The translations under genes were made by a program, and so were the position numbers. The notes below the pieces were generated by a model. The model did no database searches, had not been told where the DNA came from, and saw only the letters and a program-made list of their open reading frames with translations. This document shows, piece by piece, positions 16,689 to 28,862 of a DNA stretch of 64,000 nt. Source of the stretch: Hormiphora californensis (lineage: Eukaryota > Animalia > Ctenophora); assembly GCA_020137815.1 (NCBI GenBank), contig CM035351.1:6386001-6450000 (forward strand), in the 5' to 3' direction. Position 1 is the stretch's first letter. Each line of letters begins with the position of its first letter.

Positions 16689-19600
16689 ATGTCAAGAGGA
16701 TCACCATCACGATGTCAATCAACTCCAGTCACCTTACGACCTGATTCTCACCTACTCTCATTCTTTACGCCTCGTTCTGAATTCCCATCATTTGGTTCAA
16801 ACGATTCCAACACTTTTGACTCTGAAATATCATTCAACAAACATTCAGAATGTCATGATGAGAGTAACGATTCGACTGATGAGTGCATTAGAAATATCAG
16901 AAATGCTCTGTCAATTGATGCCGTGTGCTGTGAGTGCAGTGAGAAGATATACTTTGCCGAGTTCGTTAGTTGCACTGCATGTAGCAATCTCATCCACCCA
17001 CAGTGTGTCACACCAGCACAACCACCCACAAACGAGTTATCTCCAATCCCAGATTACTCACCAACCCTCTGTTTAGCTTGCTCGGATGTAAATCAGTGCC
17101 CACCACCGAGACCGCAGCTATCTCAGGTGAATTGTTGGGGAGATTTGAATGCAGAGGAGGTATTCGTGAAGCTACAGGCTCTTGCACCACTAATCAGCAC
17201 CTGGGCTCCCAACTTGTTTGAGGTTCCATTTGGAGCAGTTGGCAGAGGTTTCATCGATGAACTCACTAGGCTGGCAAACCTTTTCGCGACATCCACTGCT
17301 GCGGAGTCTTATGCATTATCAGCCCTAGTGCTAGCTCCTGCACTTCTCCTGCAGAAACCGAGCAAAAAGTCCAAGGTTGGTGGACACAAAAACCTGTTGG
17401 AGCGGAGACTTGAGCTATGGAAAAGTGGGAAATTTGATCAGTTATTCCGTGAAGCTGCTGCAATCCAGAAACCCCTGAACTACCAATCCCCCAGTGAGGA
17501 GCGGTGTAACAAAGGGTTCGTCGATCTAATGAGAAACGGACAGACCAGTGAAGCCACGGGATGGCTTGACTCTTCCAGACACACATGTGGAGTCAAAAGC
17601 TGCACTGACGAGGTACTCCTGGACCTTGAAAAGAAGCATCCACCCGCTTCACCTATCAGCAGCAAATATGTACACAGTGACCCACCTGCCGACCACCAGC
17701 CAGTCACATTTCAGGGCATAACCGGTGAGAGCATCTACAAATGTGGTTTAAATATCAAAGGTTCAGGTGGTCCCAGTGGTTTTGACGCCTCCGGGGTGAG
17801 CAGAATCCTATGTGCAAAGAAATTCAAACAATCGTCTACGGCGCTGTGTGATGCCTTGAGTTTGGTTGCCCAGAAACTTGCAACTACTGAAATTCATGGT
17901 GACTTTCTTGCAATATTCTGCTCGTCTCGCCTGATTCCACTGGAGAAGACAGATGGTGGTACTCGGCCAATCGGTATTGGAGAAGTGTTCAGGAGAATAG
18001 TCGTCAAAGCTATTATCTTCTCCCAGCGTGTAGCGATTAAAGTTGCTGCAAACTGTGTACAGTTGGCTGCAGGGCAGTCTGGCGGCTGTGAGGCAGCCAT
18101 TCATTCACTATCCGATCGGTTTGAGGAAGCTGATTGTGAGGGTGCTCTTCTGTTAGATGCAAGTAACGCCTTCAATCGGTTGAACAGAGGACTTGCGCTG
18201 CATAGTGTTGACAGACTTTGTCCCATACTTGCACAACTGTTCAACAATCTATACGGGGCACCATCACCATTGTACGTCGGAAACCAAGTGTTGATGAGCG
18301 AAGAGGGTGCCACGCAGGGCTGTCCATCTGCAATGGCAATGTACAGTATCGGCATTCTCCCCCTGATTAGTCTGGCTGATCTCGAAGATGTACTGCAGGT
18401 ATGGTACGCTGACGACGGAAATGCTGCAGGAACCATCTCGGGACTACATGAGTGGTACGAAATCATCACAACACACGGTCCAGCATTCGGGTACCATATC
18501 AACCCCGATAAATGTGTCCTGATCGCAAAGGAGCACCACCTGGAGAAGGCACAGGAGTTATTCGGTGAGACCGGTGTACAGATTACAACTGCTGGTGCCA
18601 GACACCTCGGTGCAGCAATCGGATCGACTGAATTCAAGACAACATTTGTTACGAACAAAGTTTCCGAATGGGTGAGCTGCCTTGAAAACCTGGTTACTGT
18701 TGCGAAAACTCACCCCCACCTTGCATATTCGAACTATGTCCGCAGTTTGAAAATGAAGTGGTCGTACCTGCAGCGAACACTACCTGATATAGGGCACTTG
18801 TTCCAACCTATGGAAGACATCCTGAGGCACAAGCTGATACCCCTATTTGTGGGAAAGCATATCTCGGACATTGAGAGGAGGATCCTAGCACTCCCCGTCA
18901 AGATGGGAGGTATGGCATTGGAAAATCCGGTACAAACGGCTAATCAAGAATACAATAATTCCCGTTTTGCTACCGGACCACTAGTGTCTCTTATCCTGGC
19001 GGAAGAGGACTGTCCAAATAACATCATGGATGCCGAGATGAAAAGCGGAAAGTTGAAGAAGAAGTGTGCCGACGCCACTGATGAGAGGCATGCAACGGAA
19101 CGTGCAGATATCTTTGCAGTACTTGATATGAAGACACAGCGTGCGATGGAGCTGTGCTCCGAACCCGGTGCTTCTAGTTGGCTAACTGCTCGACCGCTGC
19201 AGAAACTGGGCCATGAGCTCAACCAGGTTGAGTTTGTCGATGCCATTCGGCTCAGATACGGCTTCCACTTCCCGGACCTGATAGGGAAATGCGGCTGTGG
19301 GGCACAAAACACCAGTGACCACGCCTTGATCTGCAAGGTTGGAGGCTTTGATATGTGGAGACATGACCACCTTCGGGATACCTTAGCCGATATCCTTCGG
19401 TATGCGGGATTTAAACCCGTTAACACTGAACAACCAATGTTGCCCTGTGACGGATTCAACCTGCCAATCAGTGCAAATATCAAAGCTGAAGCACGAATGG
19501 ACATAGTCTGTCGTGGCTTATGGTCTGACATGCAGACCAGTTTCATGGATGTACGGGTTTTCCATCCTAATGCCCCATCCTACCTGAAGATGCCCATCAC

Positions 19601-19826
19601 GAACCTGTATAAACAGCACCAAAATCAGAAGAAACTTGCCTATATGCGAAGGGTGCAAGAAGTGGAGCAGGGTTCCTTCACGCCCCTCGTATTCTCCACG
19701 TCGGGAGGTTTTGCCGGAGAAGTAGGGAAGGTTTTGGAGCGAGCGGCCAGGAAGATCTGTGACAGGCACAAGGAGAGTTACGCTGAAACCATGTCCTTCA
19801 TCCGAGAAAAGACACGATTCAGTTAA
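16689..19826 (+). CDS. Reverse transcriptase / restriction-like endonuclease polyprotein (truncated by ~29 aa)
   Basis: ORF track 16689..19826 with YADD catalytic motif. Premature TAA at 19824-19826. Confidence 0.9.
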   Translation: MSRGSPSRCQSTPVTLRPDSHLLSFFTPRSEFPSFGSNDSNTFDSEISFNKHSECHDESNDSTDECIRNIRNALSIDAVCCECSEKIYFAEFVSCTACSNLIHPQCVTPAQPPTNELSPIPDYSPTLCLACSDVNQCPPPRPQLSQVNCWGDLNAEEVFVKLQALAPLISTWAPNLFEVPFGAVGRGFIDELTRLANLFATSTAAESYALSALVLAPALLLQKPSKKSKVGGHKNLLERRLELWKSGKFDQLFREAAAIQKPLNYQSPSEERCNKGFVDLMRNGQTSEATGWLDSSRHTCGVKSCTDEVLLDLEKKHPPASPISSKYVHSDPPADHQPVTFQGITGESIYKCGLNIKGSGGPSGFDASGVSRILCAKKFKQSSTALCDALSLVAQKLATTEIHGDFLAIFCSSRLIPLEKTDGGTRPIGIGEVFRRIVVKAIIFSQRVAIKVAANCVQLAAGQSGGCEAAIHSLSDRFEEADCEGALLLDASNAFNRLNRGLALHSVDRLCPILAQLFNNLYGAPSPLYVGNQVLMSEEGATQGCPSAMAMYSIGILPLISLADLEDVLQVWYADDGNAAGTISGLHEWYEIITTHGPAFGYHINPDKCVLIAKEHHLEKAQELFGETGVQITTAGARHLGAAIGSTEFKTTFVTNKVSEWVSCLENLVTVAKTHPHLAYSNYVRSLKMKWSYLQRTLPDIGHLFQPMEDILRHKLIPLFVGKHISDIERRILALPVKMGGMALENPVQTANQEYNNSRFATGPLVSLILAEEDCPNNIMDAEMKSGKLKKKCADATDERHATERADIFAVLDMKTQRAMELCSEPGASSWLTARPLQKLGHELNQVEFVDAIRLRYGFHFPDLIGKCGCGAQNTSDHALICKVGGFDMWRHDHLRDTLADILRYAGFKPVNTEQPMLPCDGFNLPISANIKAEARMDIVCRGLWSDMQTSFMDVRVFHPNAPSYLKMPITNLYKQHQNQKKLAYMRRVQEVEQGSFTPLVFSTSGGFAGEVGKVLERAARKICDRHKESYAETMSFIREKTRFS

Positions 19827-19921
19827 TCAGTTTGTTAAGATCAACTCTTGTTGCGCTTCGGGGAACCAAGAGAAGGGTTGTCCCAGTCAGTGTGGAAGAT
19901 GTAGACTTTCGAGACAAGTGA
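16689..19921 (+). mobile_element. CRE-like single-ORF non-LTR retrotransposon (PHD finger + RT + zinc knuckle + RLE endonuclease)
   Basis: 1045-aa ORF. RT motifs GPSG, RPIGIGEVFRR, GQSGGCEAAIH, LLDASNAFN, GATQGCP and WYADD. CGC..H..C knuckle and RHD. RLE motifs RMDI..RGLW..FMDVRV..KK..Y and PLVFSTSGG. The natural C-terminus runs to TGA 19919-19921 after an 8-bp insertion. Confidence 0.93.
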
Positions 19922-21234
19922 GCAGAGAGAGGGAGTATGAGAGTATGACGGTGTGTGGGTAATTTATTATAATTTATTGTGCTGATTTATATCTCAGTTT
20001 TTTTTTTCTTAAAAATCTGAAGTGTTTCGTTTTCCGATTTGGAAAGTTTTTTGGAAATATTTTTTAATGCGTTGCAAAGTGTTTTGTTATCCGCGCGTTC
20101 CTGTAAACACGAGATGTAAGCCGCGCGGCTTGGTCAGGTCAGCTCAGCTCCGACGCGACTTAACTGAAAAATTTTTAAACATTTTTTAAAACATTTTTTC
20201 AAGAAAATTTCTGTTTCCGCTCTGTTGGTTTGGTCTCTGGAGACTAACCTGTGAAAATGATACGGTGGGTGTATCTATTGGCACACTTCAAATGGGAAAC
20301 GTTAAAATCTGGAAATTCTTAGATTCACCGACCACCGTGAAGCAACCCGCAACCGTGAATTTCACGGGTTAAAAAGTTGGTCCTGGACCCAAGCTTTTTT
20401 GGCCTCTGGGACTGGGGTTAGGGTTGAGTGGTTTGATGGTTACGGCCATTTTAGTGCAGCCTCCAAGGTACTTTGTGGTAGCATATGTAAACAGGCCTCT
20501 AAAGTTTAAACAACCAGATGACAGATCGTAACGGCGCTCCTTTCAAACCGATTGGGTGAAAACCGGAAACATGTGATTGCAATGAATGCAATCACAGCCA
20601 AGAGTGTGTGCTGGAGCTGTTCTGCGCTATGATAGGTCAAAACTGGTCACGGTGAAAATTTCGGGAAACGTAAAATTTTAAAATCTGGGTGTCAGCACTC
20701 CCTATCAGATAACTTTGAATTAGCAAGCCAGCAAACACCCAGATCGTAACGGCGTCCGAACATTTCCGTCTTCCGTTGCTCATTGACTTGTCCACACTTT
20801 TTGATTCACGTTTTTCTATGAATGAGTTTTTAATGCTGCAGCAGATTTTAAAACAGTATACAGTAGCATGAAAAAGAATCCCCAACATCTTACATTCCAG
20901 CAATTTTATGCATAAGTTCAACAGAAATTAGTTAAGCAGTTAAAAGGGTATGTGTTAAGCTGTTTTACGATGGATAAGTCAACGATATTTAAAGGTTGAC
21001 AAAATACCTAAAATTATTCGTGTAACGTAGTATGTAATTCAACTTTATCATGAATTTTAAGCATTTTTTCAGAATTATGTTGTCGTTTAATTCAATATTC
21101 GAAATTGGGGGTCTATCGATATTGTTGGCACTTGGATGTATGTTATGTAACGGAAATTATGAGCAACCGTGTGCATCATGGCACCCTCCTGCTATGTAAC
21201 CCTTCAATACCCAGTTTTCACATCTGCTCCTGTA

Positions 21235-22028
21235 ATAGTAGAGTCGATAACTACATCGACCTCTCCCAATTGTTCCAGTTTTTGTCACATCTGTTTGGAG
21301 CCTCGACACGACCTCTAAACAGGTGTTACTTTTTCACAAACTGTTTTCATCTTGGTGTAATCAGCATTTGAAATGTTGCTGATCATAACAAAAACCTAAC
21401 TATTTTTTTTCAACTTGGGGTAAAACCATGGGTGTCAAAAGTTAGCTCTAGGTCCCCTGAGTAACCATCCGGAGACTCTAAGAGATATTTCAAGCCGTTC
21501 TCCTGTAATCATTAATCCCGGTAGAGCACATATTTGAGTATGGACGTACGTGCAATTGCCTACAACCTCAACTTATGTATAACGTTAATGTGCGTCTCTC
21601 TCTTTTCTCCCCCTTGAGAAAGAGTTATCTCGCGCGGCGCAACCGCACATGCGGTTTTTCCAGAGAGAGTGAGAGACATACAATAACATGTAAACAGCCT
21701 GCCAGCGATCACGTACGTCCGCATTGTATTTTTTTTCTCCACCGGGATTAATGATTACGGGAGAACGGCTTGAAATATCTCTTAGAGTCTCCGGATGGTT
21801 ACTCAGGGGACCTAGAGCTAACTTTTGACACCCATGGTTTTACCCCAAGTTGAAAAAAAATAGTTAGGTTTTTGTTATGATCAGCAATATTTCAAATGCT
21901 GATTACACCAAGATGAAAACAGTTTGTGAAAAAGTAACACCTGTTTAGAGGTGGTGTCGAGGCTCCAAACAGATGTGCCAAAAACTGGAACAATTGGGAG
22001 AGGTCGATGTAGTTATCGACTCTACTAT
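21235..22028. mobile_element. Foldback/MITE with ~290-bp inverted arms
   Basis: 21235-21525 is the near-perfect reverse complement of 21738-22028, with a ~210-bp spacer. Confidence 0.88.
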
Positions 22029-22451
22029 AAAGCTTTCTCAGGTGTCAGTATTCTCATTAGCTGATTAGATGCGGTCAGATCACATGAACCCCTTAAGTTG
22101 AAGGCAGGGAAGCATTATGGATACATAGTGTAAATATTCTTTTTCTCCTTGGTAGGTTCCCGACTGGGATCGAAAAAGCAACTCAATTCACATCATTATT
22201 AACTTGAACTGTCATTCTTGGCTCAAGGTCATTTAAAACTAATCAATACGTTCCCACGGTGTTACCGATATATAATTTGTAGGAACCTTTTATAATGATA
22301 CATAACGGGTTATAATCCGTTATTATATGATGTTCATGTAGATTTAGTACTATTGGAGGGGAATGACAGTAATTCCGCGACCTTGTCACATTTCTACCAA
22401 TATATTATTTAGTGGTAAAGAGACAGGGAAACACGATTTTAGAGAGAGAGA

Positions 22452-22575
22452 GAGAGACAGAGACATGACAGAGACAGAGACAGAGACAGAGACAGAGACA
22501 GAGACAGAGACAGAGACAGAGACAGAGACAGAGACAGAGACAGAGACAGAGACAGAGACAGAGACAGAGACAGAC
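22452..22575. repeat. (GAGACA)n microsatellite
   Basis: Read directly from the sequence. Confidence 0.95.
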
Positions 22576-22943
22576 TAGATGCATCGAGACTTCAGCAGTA
22601 TTTACTTAAGAATCCTTCCATGAACTCTCTTTGTGTGTTTCTCTCTGTGCGACGATGTATCAGCTACTAACTCACAAAATATAGTCTCGCAATAAACGCC
22701 CAATCGGCTTTTTTTCTACAGTTTTCCGGTCCCAATAAGCAAACATGTATGTTGTGGAAGGGGCGTGTGTTCTCCTTCCCCCTCCCTCAGCTAAATATAT
22801 ATGTTCCCATATCCGTGTGTTGTGGGAGAGGCAGGTGTGTGTTGTGGACAAGCTCTTGACGGAAGCTTCTCTTGTTGCAATTTCGTTAATTTACTAAGCC
22901 ACATGCTGTTGCTGTGCTGTGCTGCACGTAACGTTCGTTAAGT

Positions 22944-23100
<157 letters not shown>

Positions 23101-26012
23101 TGAAATTTAAAAAAAGTTGATGATTGATTTTCCTTTGCGGGAATTAATTTCGTTAGAGTGAGTAGCATACAGTATAATATGTAACACACTCTTTAGTCGA
23201 CTGCGGCAGTCTCGCTTTTTTCGTAAAATCTGTTTTCTACCACATCTATACTAATTTGCCCTTATTTGGGCGGTAGTCATAAGAGAGCTAGAAGGAACCG
23301 AGAAAGAGAGATAGTGAGAGATAGAGAGAGGGGCTTTGATATTCATGGAGGTCGAATTGTAAGAGCAACAATGCTGCTTGACGTAGGGCACTTGGGTAAT
23401 CTCAGTGTTTCTTCAAACAAACAGACACTGTGTGTGTGTGTGTGTGTGTGTGTGGGGAGATGTCATCAACTCTTGTAATGATTCACTCCTCTCAATCTCC
23501 TCTCCATAGAATGTAGATCTTTCTTTGATTCACGTGCACACCTTGAATCCAATATCGGAGATAACTACAGACTCAATCTCTTTAGACGGTACTTTCGCTT
23601 TTGTATAGGATTATTTTGGGGTTGTATATTAGGCAGTCTCCGGTCTCAGAAATGATATGGTGTTATTTCTAACCCTACATGTGGGTCGTGTTTTCACTTT
23701 TTCTGTCCTTTGAAAGAATAAAGTGATGATCTGAAGTGTGAACTAGGATGTGATGCCATCATATTGTATCTTTCTCATTGTCAGTTGTTTTTTCTTGAAT
23801 ATCATGTGTGTTAGAATATGTTTTCTGCGCCTGTAACTCACTTTTCAATTGAGTCTGGGTTATACGCGTTCTGCCATTTAAACACCGTCAGTATTCCTAA
23901 GTTCGTGCTATATTAAGAAAGGCATGTTATGTCTTAAGGAATATTTTTTGTTTTCCCCCTTTTTCCCCTTTTCCGCCCTTTTTACCCCCTCCTATTCCTT
24001 TCCTCCTTTTTCCCTTTTTCCTTTTTTTTTTTTTTTCCCCCCTTTCTCCCTCCTCCTATCTCTTTTTCCTCTCTCTCCCCTCTCCCTCTCTCTTTTTTTT
24101 CCCCTCTCTCTCTCTCTCTCTCTCTTTTCCTCTCTCTCTCTCTCTCTCTCTCTTTCTTTTCTCCCTCTCTTTCCTTCGTCCTTTCATTCTCTCCTCTTCC
24201 TCTCCCTCTCTCTCTCTCACCCCTGTTCTCCCTCACCTTTTCTCGCCCGCCTTTCATTCTCTCTCTCTCGCTCTGTGGTCTGTGTAATACAGCTTTAGTC
24301 TTTGCTCAGTTTTACAGCCTCTTCACTATTGTGAATGTACACGGAGTGTTGGTTTCTTTTTGGAAAAGAAAGAATAAGGGGAAAAAGGGGAAGAAAGAGA
24401 ATGGAATTGGAGTAAAGGGGAAGAGAGAGAGAAGAAAAAAAAGAAGTTAGGAGGGTACAGAAAAAAAACCGTGTTTTTGGGTTTTTCTCCATAAAAACCG
24501 TTTTTCCAAAGTGTCGAAAGGTTTTATAGGAAATAGCCCAAAGTGACCAAACACCCCACCAAGGGAAAGGGAGTTCGTGTGTGTTATTTTTTTTGTTTTT
24601 TGTGTGTCTTTGGGATGTTAACCATGTGTGTGGGTATCTAAATGTAAGGGTGTTGAATGGTAATCTAAATGTAAGTGTTTTTGAATGGGGTAACCCAAAT
24701 TTAAGGGGTGTTTGGAAATTTAACTGGGTTTTTAAAATATCTGTTTTTTAAATATTTCTGACCTCCTCGGTACCTTTTTGAAGCACTGGGGCCAATACCG
24801 GGGGTGTAGTTGCAAGTGAAATTTGGGGGGACAATGTTTTTTTACAGTCCCTTTTGGGTTTTTTGTGTCTTTTCTGTGGTTTTTTTGCAAGGTGTAACCC
24901 CAGACAAGAGTTTTAAGGGGGAGGTGTGAAGAGAGAGAGAGAGAGAGAGAGAGAGGGGAGAGAGAAGGGTAGAGAGGAAGAAAATGAGAGAGAGAGGTGT
25001 GTGTGTTTTTGGGTGTTTGTATAAAACCCAAACCCCCAGGGGGGGATTTATTGGTGGGGCGGGTTTAAAAACAAGAGGGTTGTATTTTTGCACCCTCCTC
25101 ACCACCCTGCATCAGGGCCCCCCTAACCGTGCCGCTGCTAGGAGCGAGAGGAGAGAGAGAGGGGAAGAGGTTGGGGAGGAGATAGAGGGGAAAGGGGGGG
25201 GGAAAGTGAGAGGGAAAATAGGGGGGAAGGTGGGGGGGGAATTAAATTTTTGGGGGGGTAGGTTTTTCCTTTTTCACTCCCCCCCCGTTTAACCCCTCAT
25301 TGCGATTTTTTAATATGGGAAAAATGGTATATAATAAATTTTTGGGGGATTGGGGGTTTTTGAATTTTACCCAAAAAAAACCCCCAATAACCACTTTTAT
25401 TAAACAAATGCCAACCCTTTCCCCCTCGGCCCTGCAGTTTAACGTGTGGTGAGAGTAGTATCCACAGAGAGCATTTTATGCTTGGAAAGTATATTAAGAC
25501 ATAATCCTAATAAGCCAACTACTCTTAGTTTAGAGAGTTTTATATTGTTCCCTGTCCTCATCTTTTTTTTTAAAAACACACCCGCTCTTTTGTTTCTCTC
25601 TTCCCCTCTCTTCTCTTTCCTTTTTTCTCCTCTCTCTCTTTTCTTCCCCTCTCTCCCCTCCCTTTTCACCTTTTCCTCCCTTTTCCCCTTTTTCCCTTTT
25701 TCCCCTTCCCCCCTCCTCGGTTCTTTTCCCCCTCTCCTTTCAGAATCTCCCTTCTCTCTTTTTTCTCCCCATCTCTTTCTTTTTTTCGTTCCTTTTGCCG
25801 GGGGCGTTGGTTAACCTTTTCTCCTTTCCCTTCCCCTTTTTGAGGGCCTTTTGGGCGGTGGGTGGGGCCCCCCGGGTTTTTTTTTTTGGGTTTTGGCCTT
25901 TGGCCCCTTTTTTTAAACCTTTGGGGGGGGGAGAGGGTAAGGGAGGGGAAAAAAGAAGGGAGAGGCGGGGGGGGAGAGAGAGGGAAAAAAAAGAAAAGAA
26001 ACAAAGAAAAAA

Positions 26013-26043
<31 letters not shown>

Positions 26044-27566
26044 GGAACCCCCCCCCCCCCCCCTTTTTTCCCCCCCTTTTTTCCCGCACACATATATTTT
26101 GTACACGCCTTTCCAAAACCCCCCTCATGCAGATGGTTTATTTGCTTCCCCAAACACACTCACCCCACCCTTTGTCCACCCTTTGTCCATCCCCTCAATT
26201 AATTTCCACGTGTTTTAGCTGGTATGACAGCCGCTAGTGTCGCTGCAGATGACGTCACGGCCGTGTTGGAAGGAAAAGCGGAGATTCTTTTTCAAAAGGA
26301 TGGGCCGTTTTTTTATAACCAAAAATTTAGGAACTAAAACCGGGGTCTGACAACAACACCGGTTTTTTCCCTGTTTCGGGGGCCCCACAAAAACCCCCCC
26401 TCACTGATCCCAAACTGCAGAGGTGGGCTGAAAGAGAGGGTAGGGACAAGGTGGATGGGGTTAGGATCCTGGAGGCACTAGGAGCCACAGGACTGAGAAG
26501 TGTACGATTCAGCAAGGAGATTCCAGAGGATTTGGTGTCGAAAATAACATGTAATGATATGAAACGGGAAAGGGGGTAAACTCCTGAAAAAGAACATCCC
26601 AGCCAACAAATGTACCATCGTTACTCCCCTCTGGGGGAAAGCGTGTGTGTTTTAATTTTGAAGAAAAAAGGGGGGTTTGGGTGTGGTTGATATTCCCATA
26701 TGGAAAACCCCCCTCCCCTTTCCCAGACACTGCGGGGCCAGGCTATAAAAGACCCGGTGGGTTGTTGTGTGGGAAAAAGCCCCCCGACCTTTTCTTTCTA
26801 CTGGTAACCATATCCAGGCTTGCTATGGGAAGTATTTGGGGGGAATGCCCCCCCAAAAAGGGGTTTTCTGTCCCCGAGTTGCCTCCGACCCCCTTTCCCC
26901 GCCTGTGTAAAACAGCCCTGCCCAACAGATATTCCCGGGACTTTTTCCCCCCTTTTGGGGACAAATTTAGACTTCTATGTCCCGGGTCTTTTTTCCCCGG
27001 GGGTTCCAAACACAGAAAAAGGTGGCAAAGGAACTACAGCAGGGGGAGTTATGTTTTTTTGACGTTTTGGGTGGGCAAGTTTTTTATCTACAAAACTAGG
27101 TACCCCATTCCCGGGTCCCAGGGAAATCACCCTGGGAAGGTTTCCCCCTGTGGCCGGACCCTGTGTGGGGGTGGCAAAGGGTTTCTTTTTTGGTGGACCT
27201 TCGGTCGGGTTTCCCCTGCACTTTCCCTGATTTTTTCCCAGAAAGATGTTGGAGCCTGTCCCGGGGGGATGGAGGTACCTTGGAACTCCCCCAAAAGAGG
27301 AGGGGTGGTTTTTTTAAAATGGTGCAGAGGAACTCCCCCATTCTCCCCTGTTCTACGAGCTAAGTAGTCTCAGTAAAACACTACGCACCACCTGCCCTCC
27401 ACTACAATCCGTTAGATCTGCCATTCTGAACGCGGGATCAGGTGTCACTCTCACACGCATGTCCTAAGTCCATCAAGACGACCGCTCCCCCCTCTCTCAT
27501 CTGGGATATCATGAGGACCTGGGCGAGACAGAATGGCGTGGGGTGAGGAGGGTTTTTTAGAGTAAA

Positions 27567-27863
27567 ATGTGTCCCCGGGGTTTATGTAAACCGGTTTCTC
27601 TTCCACGAGGGGGTCCCCTGAAAGTGGGTGTAGTAAGGTACCCACCCAACCCGGAACCCAACTGGGGACCCAAATCTCGTGCTGGCAAGCGGCCCCGGGT
27701 GGAAGGGAAGACAGAGGTGAAGCAGAAGAAAAAGAAGAAGGACAGGCCCCACAACCCAGATTTGAAGCAGTTTCCCTGTAGGAGGTTCGAGGAGAACCAG
27801 TGTGATCTTGGGGAGGAATGTCGGTACAAACACGTCCCGAAGGAGGAGGAAATACAATCCTGA
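27567..27863 (+). CDS. Fragment ending in a CCCH zinc finger (possibly a retroelement ORF1/gag-like protein)
   Basis: CRRFEENQCDLGEECRYKH is C-x7-C-x5-C-x3-H, preceded by a basic patch. Upstream sequence is noisy. Confidence 0.5.
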   Translation: MCPRGLCKPVSLPRGGPLKVGVVRYPPNPEPNWGPKSRAGKRPRVEGKTEVKQKKKKKDRPHNPDLKQFPCRRFEENQCDLGEECRYKHVPKEEEIQS

Positions 27864-28153
27864 TCCCCTCCATAAAAGAGGAGGGGGGGGAAAAGAGTAT
27901 CTCTCTCCCCCCTTCCTTTGTGTGGAGAGTGTGTAAGCCGTTCCGTCGTTCGTTTATTAATCTAATTTATTCCGTTTAGAAAGACATATGTACAGCTTTT
28001 TTGACTTCTCTCTCCTTCTGAATGCCCTCACACACACGCATACACAGTAGTGCTTGCCTTACTGCCGCTTGTTGTTAGTTGAGGCGCCCAGGGGCGAATG
28101 GTGTAGCAGTTGGTGATATCCCATTCTCGGCTCCTGCTCGCTAATCGCTTGTC

Positions 28154-28185
<32 letters not shown>

Positions 28186-28862
28186 GAGAGAGCGGAGAGT
28201 AGAGAGAGAACGAGAGAGAGCGAGATCGAGAGCTAGAGCAGAGAGCGAGCTAGAGGAGAGAGATAGATCTAGAGAGAGCGGCTCTATCACTATCTTTATA
28301 TAGTTCTCTCCTATCACTGCTATATCTCTATATCTCTCGATTTTATCGAATCTACTCGCTTCGCTCTCTCTACTCGCTCTCTTTCTCTATCACTTTCTCT
28401 CCTCTCTCTCTCGCCTCTATCTCTCTCTATCTCTCTCTCCTTCACTTTCTCACTATTTTCCCCGGCTTTACAGTGTTGTTCTATACCATCTGATCACACC
28501 TTCTCGCACTGCCAGCTCTCAAGAGAACCAGGTTACCCAACCGTGTTGGACCTGATTGTTCCCATTCCTTTGAACCACCTCCTTTCCGCTCTATCACCCC
28601 GGTGTGTTTTTCCTCGCCTTTATTGCACCCACACTATTTTAGTTGCCACCAGCCCTCACTATTTCATTAGCTCAATGTCAGCTTTTATTTGCACTTCCAT
28701 TGATCATCTTGAGACCCTACCGATCATCTCCAGACCCTACCTACTTATCTACCTACTTATCTTTTTTTAGTTATACACCTTCTAACACACGATCCTTCTG
28801 TATAGCAAAAAATGATAGGCGTGCATGTACTGCGAGTTATTTTGCTCTAAGAGTATGGAGGT

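Noticed and set aside
17003-19769. Overlapping and antisense ORFs within the retrotransposon
   Set aside because: They are shadows of the main ORF and have no motifs of their own.
23924-26218. Low-complexity ORFs
   Set aside because: Microsatellite plus noisy sequence.
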